Positions 57,875 to 64,000 of a stretch of 64,000 nt of DNA are shown here, in pieces. This DNA comes from Candidatus Eiseniibacteriota bacterium (GTDB lineage: Bacteria; Eisenbacteria; RBG-16-71-46). The stretch covers positions 256,001 to 320,000 of the forward strand of contig CAVUWA010000002.1 in assembly GCA_963744995.1 (NCBI GenBank), in the 5' to 3' direction. Made by a program: the position numbers and the translations under genes. Each line of letters opens with the position of its first letter. Position 1 is the stretch's first letter. A model generated the notes under the pieces. That model was given only the letters and a program-made list of their open reading frames with translations, searched no databases and was not told the DNA's origin.

Positions 57875-58696
57875 ATGAAGCGGATCGGTTACTCCCTTGC
57901 GTGTCTCACCAGCCTCGCGATTCTCGCGTTGACCGCGACGGTCGCCTCAGCCGTCCCCGGCGTGAACAGCGCGATCATCAACGAGCGCATCTTCAACGAT
58001 TGTCCGAACTCCACGCTGACCACCAACAACGCCTATCCGGCCAGCATCTTCATCGGCGACGCTCCCGACGCGCAGTGCGTCATCGACAATGCGGGTGCGT
58101 TCGCCAACCTGCACAACTGGCGCTTCTCGGAAGACGGCGCGAATCCCGCGCTGTTCATGAACTCGGATCTGTTCCGCTTCAGCGCGGATCTCGTGATCGA
58201 CGGGCCCGGCCAGTGCGAATCGGGTCTGCAGATCTCGCCGTGGTGGTCGCCGGACGTCGAAGGCCGGCTCAACGTGCGCACGACGGACGGCGAAATCGCC
58301 ATGTTCGGCGGCTTCCTCCCGTTCTTCAGCTTTACGGCGAACTACGGGCTCTTCTACCAGAAGGGCCAGACCATCCACATCGAGTTCAACTACACGCCGA
58401 ATTCCAATACGGAAGCGGATCCGGCGACGCTCGAGTGCAAGATCACATACGGTGGCAACCTCTATACGAGCGGTGCCCTGCCGTTCAACAACAACAACCC
58501 GAACGACCCGCCGCAGTACGGCTACTTCGGCATCGGCAACGACTCGCAGGCTGGCGGCCACATTCAGTGCCTGTGGCAGCCCGGTCAGTTCCAGGAAGTG
58601 AACGCGACCTGGTCGAACATCTCGTTCTCGCCGGATGCCAAGCCGACGGCCGCCGAGCCGACGACCTGGGGCCGTATCAAGACGATGTACCGGTAA
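57875..58696 (+). CDS. Secreted hypothetical protein with C-terminal TTWGRIKTMYR motif
   Basis: AAGGAG RBS; signal peptide; beta-rich Asn/Gly/Phe body. Confidence 0.8.
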   Translation: MKRIGYSLACLTSLAILALTATVASAVPGVNSAIINERIFNDCPNSTLTTNNAYPASIFIGDAPDAQCVIDNAGAFANLHNWRFSEDGANPALFMNSDLFRFSADLVIDGPGQCESGLQISPWWSPDVEGRLNVRTTDGEIAMFGGFLPFFSFTANYGLFYQKGQTIHIEFNYTPNSNTEADPATLECKITYGGNLYTSGALPFNNNNPNDPPQYGYFGIGNDSQAGGHIQCLWQPGQFQEVNATWSNISFSPDAKPTAAEPTTWGRIKTMYR

Positions 58697-58802
58697 TGAG
58701 CCGGCGGCACGGCGCGCACCTGCCGTGTCGCGATGCAGCATGGCGGGCCGACGCGCGGACCACGGCGCGCGGCCCGCTTCTCTTGACGAACGGAGCCCGC
58801 GG

Positions 58803-60071
58803 ATGAAGAAGCCACTGAGGCGAGCCGAGCGACCCGGAAAACCCGCGCAGGCGACGCCTCACCGCGGGAAGCCGGCCGGCGTGGCGGCCCGTGCCGCGCG
58901 CCGCGCGCCCTCGACGCTGCGGGCCTCGCACTCGGGGGTGGCGACGATCCGCGACGTCGCCCGTGAAGCGGGCGTGTCGGTCGCCACGGTGTCGCGCGTG
59001 CTGAACGGCAGTGCACCGGTGCGGGAAGACACGGATCGGCAGGTGCGCACGGCGGCGCAGCGGCTGAACTACTGGCCGAACGGCGCGGCGCGGAGCCTGA
59101 TCACCAACCGGACCCACACGATCGGCGTGCTGCTGCCCGATCTGCACGGCGAGTTCTTTTCCGAGGTGATCCGCGGCATCGACCTGGCCTCGCGCCGTTA
59201 CGGGTTGCACCTGCTGGTGTCGAGCTCGCATGCGGCGACCGACGAGCTGGTCGCGGCGCTGCGCACGATGCGCGGGCGAATCGACGGACTGATGGTGATG
59301 GCGCCGGAAGTAGCGGGTCCACGGCTCGTGCGCGAGTGTGCGCTCGGGGCGCCGACGGTGCTCCTCAATCCGGGCCGGGCGGTGAAGGGCTGTGATTCGA
59401 TCTCGATCGCGAACTTCGAAGGCGCCCACGAGATCGTGCGACACCTGATCGCGCTCGGACACCGGCGCATCGCGGTCGTTCGCGGGCCCGAAGGCAACAC
59501 CGATGCGGATCAGCGCGTGGCGGGCTACCGCGCCGCTCTGGCGGAGTCCGGCGTTTCGATTCCGCACGAGTACGAGCTGCCGGGCGACTTCCACGAGCCT
59601 TCGGGGTACGAGGCCGGCAGACGGATCCTCGCCCTGCGGCGGCGCCCGACGGCGATCTTCGTCACCAACGACCGGATGGCCGTTGGCGTGCTCGGCGCGC
59701 TCGGCGACGCGGGGGTGTCGGTGCCGGGTGACATCGCGCTTGCGGGCTTCGACGACATCGAAGTGTCTCAATACCTCAATCCGCCGCTGACCACCGTGCA
59801 CGTGGACGCGTTTCGCCTCGGCGAGCGCGCTTTCGAACGGCTCATGCAGCGGATCGATCCGGACCAGGACCACGGCGATGCGCACGAAATCCTGCCGACT
59901 ACGCTGGTCGTGCGGGCCTCGTGCGGCGCGCGCAGCCGCTCGGCGGCCGGTGCGCGCGTGCATCGCAGCGAAATCGCGGCCGGGGGCGCGCAGGCGTCGC
60001 CCGCCCGTACGGCAAAAGACACCGGCTTCCCTGGACGCAACGGGAAGGCCCAGAAGGGAGCAGATCGATGA
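58803..60071 (+). CDS. LacI-family transcriptional regulator
   Basis: TIRDVAREAGVSVATVSRVLN HTH; GHRRIA, PTAIF..ND and VPGDIALAGFDD...PPLTTV. Confidence 0.95.
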   Translation: MKKPLRRAERPGKPAQATPHRGKPAGVAARAARRAPSTLRASHSGVATIRDVAREAGVSVATVSRVLNGSAPVREDTDRQVRTAAQRLNYWPNGAARSLITNRTHTIGVLLPDLHGEFFSEVIRGIDLASRRYGLHLLVSSSHAATDELVAALRTMRGRIDGLMVMAPEVAGPRLVRECALGAPTVLLNPGRAVKGCDSISIANFEGAHEIVRHLIALGHRRIAVVRGPEGNTDADQRVAGYRAALAESGVSIPHEYELPGDFHEPSGYEAGRRILALRRRPTAIFVTNDRMAVGVLGALGDAGVSVPGDIALAGFDDIEVSQYLNPPLTTVHVDAFRLGERAFERLMQRIDPDQDHGDAHEILPTTLVVRASCGARSRSAAGARVHRSEIAAGGAQASPARTAKDTGFPGRNGKAQKGADR

Positions 60072-61972
60072 GAGCCATCTGGTGTGCCGTGCTCGCGGGT
60101 ACGGCAATGTTGGCGGCGGTCCCGTCAATGGCGCAGCCGCCGCGGGAAGACACGATCTGGGCGCGCACGACCGACGGCGCGTCGCTCACGCTCGACGGCG
60201 TGCTCGACGAGCCGGCGTGGGCGAATGCGGAGACCAAGATCATCAAGTACCGGTACAACTCCGGCCTGCCCGGCAGTGGCTGGAAGGACGAGAGCCCGCT
60301 GAGTCTGACCGACAGCCTCGAAGCGACGCTCAGGTTCCTCGTGGTGGGCAACCAGTTGTGGCTGGGCGTGGACGTGGCCGACAGCTCGGTCGGCGGCGGC
60401 GGCACCTTCAACCAGTTCGACGGCCTTCTCATGGGCATGAAGGACCACTCGCTGCCCGACCGTCCGGCGCCGCAGGCCGAGTACCTGTACGCGTGGTGGT
60501 CGCAGGTGCTGGTCGGCACGCCGCCCATCAACATGGAGCCCGTGTTCGGCGGCCGCTGGGCGACGCCGCCGTGGGGCTGCTGCGACCGCACCCCGGAGCA
60601 GATCGACGCCTGGGACGCCCGCACGATCGTCCACGGCACGGTGAACAGCGACACCACCATCGACAACGGCTACACCATGGAGATGCGCTTCGACCTCGGC
60701 GTCATGGGCTACGACGTCACGCAGTCGGGCGGCGACGTGGTCGAGTGGAACATCTCGCTTTACGACTGTGACTGGCGCTGGCCGTTCACGCTGGGCCGCT
60801 TCGGCGCCAACCGCACCTGGTGGCAGTGCCCGTGGGGGAACACCACCGCCTACAACGAAGTGCTGATCTACTCGCGCCCCGACGTGACGATCAACTCCGG
60901 CGCGCTGCCGAGCGTGCCGCAGATCGACATGACCATCCCCAACGCGGGGACGCTGGCCGCGCCGACGATCGACGGCGACCTGAGCGATCCCGTGTGGGCG
61001 GTCGCGCCGAGCTTCCAGATCAAGTACGGGGACGACGCGCTGCGTGATTCGTATCCGGGCATGGGCAAGTGGCGCTCCGGCCAGTATCAGCCTGAGGTGA
61101 ACGGCGGTCTGGCCGCGGTGCTCGATCCGGCCGACGCCACGGTCAAGTACTTCTACAAGGATGACAAGCTCTATCTCGGCTTCGACGTCAACGACCAGGT
61201 GGTGCAGAGCCATCCGAATTTCGACAGCTGGGATGGTTTCATCGTCGGTCTCGACGAGACCGGGCTCGACGACATCGACCACGTGCTGCAGACGCGGCGG
61301 ATCACTTTCACGGTGGGCCCGACCGGCGAAGCGCTGAAACAGGACTACCTGCCGTACCTCGCCGACACGCTGCACGGCGCCGAGGTTGCCATGAACCTGA
61401 AGCCGAACACGACGGTGGACACGCTGGGCACCGACATCGACGAGGGCTACACGGCCGAGCTGATGATCGACATGACCAAGCTCGGGTATCCGGCGGGGCT
61501 CGGTGACGGAATCGGCTACTTCAGCGTCGACATGCTGGACGGCGACTCGTACACGCCCTACACGTTCAGCTACGGCACCCGGACATGGTATTTCCGCGAG
61601 TACGACAACAGCTGCTGTCCGGCGCGGGTGTACTTCGATCCGAACACCTCGGTGGTGGGCATCGACGGGCCGTCGGTATCTGTGCCGGGCCGCGTGCTGC
61701 TGCTCGGCGCGGCGCCGAATCCGTTCCGCGCGCTGACCACCATCCAGTTCCGGTTGCCGCAGGCGAGCCGGCTCGAGATGGCGGTGTTCGACCTGAACGG
61801 CCGCCGCGTGGCGACGCGGGACCTGGGTCTGCGTGAAGCGGGACCCGGCACCGCGACGTTCAGCGGCTCGGAGCTGAAGCCAGGCATGTACCTGTATCGT
61901 CTGCAGGCCGCGGATGCGAACAGCGGCCGCGCGATCGGCTCGGCGTCCGGAAAGATGGTGCTGGTCGACTGA
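60068..61972 (+). CDS. Secreted protein with two CBM9/DOMON-like modules and T9SS/FlgD-like C-terminal domain
   Basis: Tandem modules starting TLDGVLDEPAW and TIDGDLSDPVW, ending GYTMEMRF and GYTAELMI; C-terminal PNPF...FDLNGRRV...GMYLYRL. Confidence 0.78.
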   Translation: MRAIWCAVLAGTAMLAAVPSMAQPPREDTIWARTTDGASLTLDGVLDEPAWANAETKIIKYRYNSGLPGSGWKDESPLSLTDSLEATLRFLVVGNQLWLGVDVADSSVGGGGTFNQFDGLLMGMKDHSLPDRPAPQAEYLYAWWSQVLVGTPPINMEPVFGGRWATPPWGCCDRTPEQIDAWDARTIVHGTVNSDTTIDNGYTMEMRFDLGVMGYDVTQSGGDVVEWNISLYDCDWRWPFTLGRFGANRTWWQCPWGNTTAYNEVLIYSRPDVTINSGALPSVPQIDMTIPNAGTLAAPTIDGDLSDPVWAVAPSFQIKYGDDALRDSYPGMGKWRSGQYQPEVNGGLAAVLDPADATVKYFYKDDKLYLGFDVNDQVVQSHPNFDSWDGFIVGLDETGLDDIDHVLQTRRITFTVGPTGEALKQDYLPYLADTLHGAEVAMNLKPNTTVDTLGTDIDEGYTAELMIDMTKLGYPAGLGDGIGYFSVDMLDGDSYTPYTFSYGTRTWYFREYDNSCCPARVYFDPNTSVVGIDGPSVSVPGRVLLLGAAPNPFRALTTIQFRLPQASRLEMAVFDLNGRRVATRDLGLREAGPGTATFSGSELKPGMYLYRLQAADANSGRAIGSASGKMVLVD

Positions 61973-64000
61973 TGCGCGGATCCGGTGGTGACACCGGCGT
62001 GCGGCGCGTGCGTGGGATCGCGCGCGCCGCACGTCTGCTGGGGCGGCTCCTGCCGGGTCTCGTCCTCATCCTTGCGCCCGCGCTCGCGTGGGCCGGGACC
62101 ACGGGCAAGATCTCCGGCCGGATCGTGGACGACCAGGGCGAACCGCTGGCCGGCGTGAACGTGGCCGTGCCGGCGGCGCGTACCGGCGCCGTCACGGACC
62201 TCGACGGCCGTTACGTCGTCATCAATGTGCCGGCCGGAACCTATGACGTTCGGATCAACCTGCTCGGCTACAACACCACGACCGTCACCGGACTCGTGGT
62301 GTCGGCGGATCAGACCGCCTCGCTCGACGTGGCGCTCAAGCCCGCGCCGCTGCAGATGGAAGAGGTGGTGATCACCGCGGAGCGGCCGGTGGTCGACGTC
62401 AAGGCCACGAGCAACGTCGCGAACGTCACCCGCAGGGAGATCGAATCGCTGCCCGTGCAGGAGCTGAGCGACATCGTCAACCTGCAGGCCGGCGTGGTGG
62501 ACGGGCACTTCCGCGGCGGACGAATCGGCGAAGTGCAGTATCAGGTCGACGGCGTCTCGGTGAACAACCCGTACGACAACAAGGCCGGCATCACGCTCGA
62601 CCGTTCGCTGCTCGAGGAGGTCCAGGTGGTGAGCGGCACGTTCGACGCGGAATACGGCCAGGCCATGAGCGGCGTGGTGAATGCGGTGCTGAAGCGTGGC
62701 ACCGAGCACTTCGAGGTCGACGCCGAGGCCTTTTCGGGCGACGCCGTCTTCGGAAACGACCGGGTCGTGAGCGACCGGTCGCGGATCGGCAGCCAGGGCA
62801 ACTTCACCCTCAACCTCAGCGGGCCGACCGGCCTGCCCAAGACCACGTTTCTGCTCGGCGGGCGGCGCACCGTGGACGACGGCTGGATCATGGCGCGCCG
62901 GCTGTTCCTTCCGACCGATCACTTTCTCTACGACTCGAGCGGCGCGGTCGTCGGCCACACCAGGTCCGGTGACCGCAAGTCGGTCCCGCTCAACTATCGC
63001 AGGGAGTGGGGAGCGGTCGCGAAGATCACCAACCGCTCGCTCGAAAACACGGAGTTCAGCTATCAGGCGCTGCTGGTGGACGCGGATCAGCGCAACTACG
63101 ACTGGGCCTTCCGCCTGAACCCGGACGGCCTGCCCAAACAGCACTCGCTGTCGGTGGTGCACGGGCTGGACGTGACGCAGACGCTCAGCCGGGAGAGCTT
63201 CATCAACTTCTCGGTGCGCCAGAACATCGTCGACTACAGGGATTTCGCCTACGACGACGTGAACGATCCGCGCTACGACCAGGCCGGAGCGCCGGAAGGC
63301 GACCCGAACTTCGAAAACGGCGCCTACTACCAGGGCGTGAGCCTCAACCGGTTCGAGCAGTTCACCAACTCGATGATCTACAAAGGCGCGCTGGTGCGGC
63401 AGTTCAGTCGTGACCAGCAGTTCAAGATCGGCGCCGAGACGCAGTGGTCGACGCTGCGCTTCGGCTCGCCCGGTTACCTGGTGTCGCGGCAGGTCGGCTC
63501 GAGCACGGTGCTCCTGCGCCACGACAACGAGCCCCCCGACTTTCCGGGCGTGCTCGAATACCACCCGGTCACCGCCGCTGCGTACGCACAGCAGGAGATC
63601 GAGTGGAACGACATCAGCCTGCGGGCGGGGGTCCGTTTCGACTTCTTCGACGCCCGCTCCACCCTGCCGAGCGACCTGCAGAATCCGGCGAACGCGATCG
63701 CCGGCGCGCCGCCTTCGCCCTCGCGCGCGACCACCGCAAAGACGTCGTTCTCGCCGCGGCTCGGGGTGTCCTACCCGGTGGCGAAGGACGCGGCACTGTT
63801 CTTCGCGTACGGGCACTTCTACCAGCTGCCGCCGCTCGGCGACATCTTCCGCAACTCGGACTACGACAAGCTCGCCTCGCTGGCCGCCGGCACCTCCGAC
63901 TTCGGCGTGCTCGGCAACCCGGACGTCAAGCCGGAGCGCACGGTGCAGTACCAGTTCGGCTACAAGCAGGCCTTCACCGACTGGTTCGGCATGGACGTGA
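61972..64000 (+). CDS. TonB-dependent receptor (3' end outside window; absent from the ORF track)
   Basis: Frame from ATG 61972 reads open to the window end: signal peptide, GTTGKISGRIVD, HFRGGR..EVQYQVDG, GTFDAEYGQAMSGVVN and GNPDVKPERTVQY. Confidence 0.9.
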   Translation, partial: MRGSGGDTGVRRVRGIARAARLLGRLLPGLVLILAPALAWAGTTGKISGRIVDDQGEPLAGVNVAVPAARTGAVTDLDGRYVVINVPAGTYDVRINLLGYNTTTVTGLVVSADQTASLDVALKPAPLQMEEVVITAERPVVDVKATSNVANVTRREIESLPVQELSDIVNLQAGVVDGHFRGGRIGEVQYQVDGVSVNNPYDNKAGITLDRSLLEEVQVVSGTFDAEYGQAMSGVVNAVLKRGTEHFEVDAEAFSGDAVFGNDRVVSDRSRIGSQGNFTLNLSGPTGLPKTTFLLGGRRTVDDGWIMARRLFLPTDHFLYDSSGAVVGHTRSGDRKSVPLNYRREWGAVAKITNRSLENTEFSYQALLVDADQRNYDWAFRLNPDGLPKQHSLSVVHGLDVTQTLSRESFINFSVRQNIVDYRDFAYDDVNDPRYDQAGAPEGDPNFENGAYYQGVSLNRFEQFTNSMIYKGALVRQFSRDQQFKIGAETQWSTLRFGSPGYLVSRQVGSSTVLLRHDNEPPDFPGVLEYHPVTAAAYAQQEIEWNDISLRAGVRFDFFDARSTLPSDLQNPANAIAGAPPSPSRATTAKTSFSPRLGVSYPVAKDAALFFAYGHFYQLPPLGDIFRNSDYDKLASLAAGTSDFGVLGNPDVKPERTVQYQFGYKQAFTDWFGMDV

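Overview
Very GC-rich bacterial chromosomal segment, about 48 densely packed genes; no rRNA, tRNA, CRISPR array, integrase or transposase was recognised. Five secreted proteins end in a FlgD-Ig/T9SS-type-A-like C-terminal domain and one ends in a 'TTWGRIKTMYR' tail, which suggests (inference) an FCB-superphylum organism such as Ca. Eisenbacteria. Main blocks: (1) LytS kinase / secreted TPR protein / TonB receptor / LytTR regulator operon with LytTR-type boxes upstream; (2) small enzymes, glutamine synthetase III and tag; (3) a secreted-protein/lipoprotein pair and an M4 metalloprotease; (4) a Com-like Zn finger, a CPBP-SolA fusion, a metallophosphoesterase and a nucleotide-transporter-HEAT / cNMP / FAD-reductase operon; (5) oppABC divergent from a split purine-catabolism cluster (allB, allC, uraD, uraH, allE) interleaved with unrelated genes and a secreted nuclease; (6) a LacI-controlled PUL-like locus running off the right end. 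The most promising novelty is the end of the allantoin pathway: no allA or allD is present in the window, but allE is flanked by a DUF6986 aldolase/lyase-fold gene (head-to-head, 15 nt apart) and an FMN alpha-hydroxy-acid oxidase. Three genes carry single frameshifts, probably assembly errors. All family assignments come from motif recognition by eye, not from database searches.
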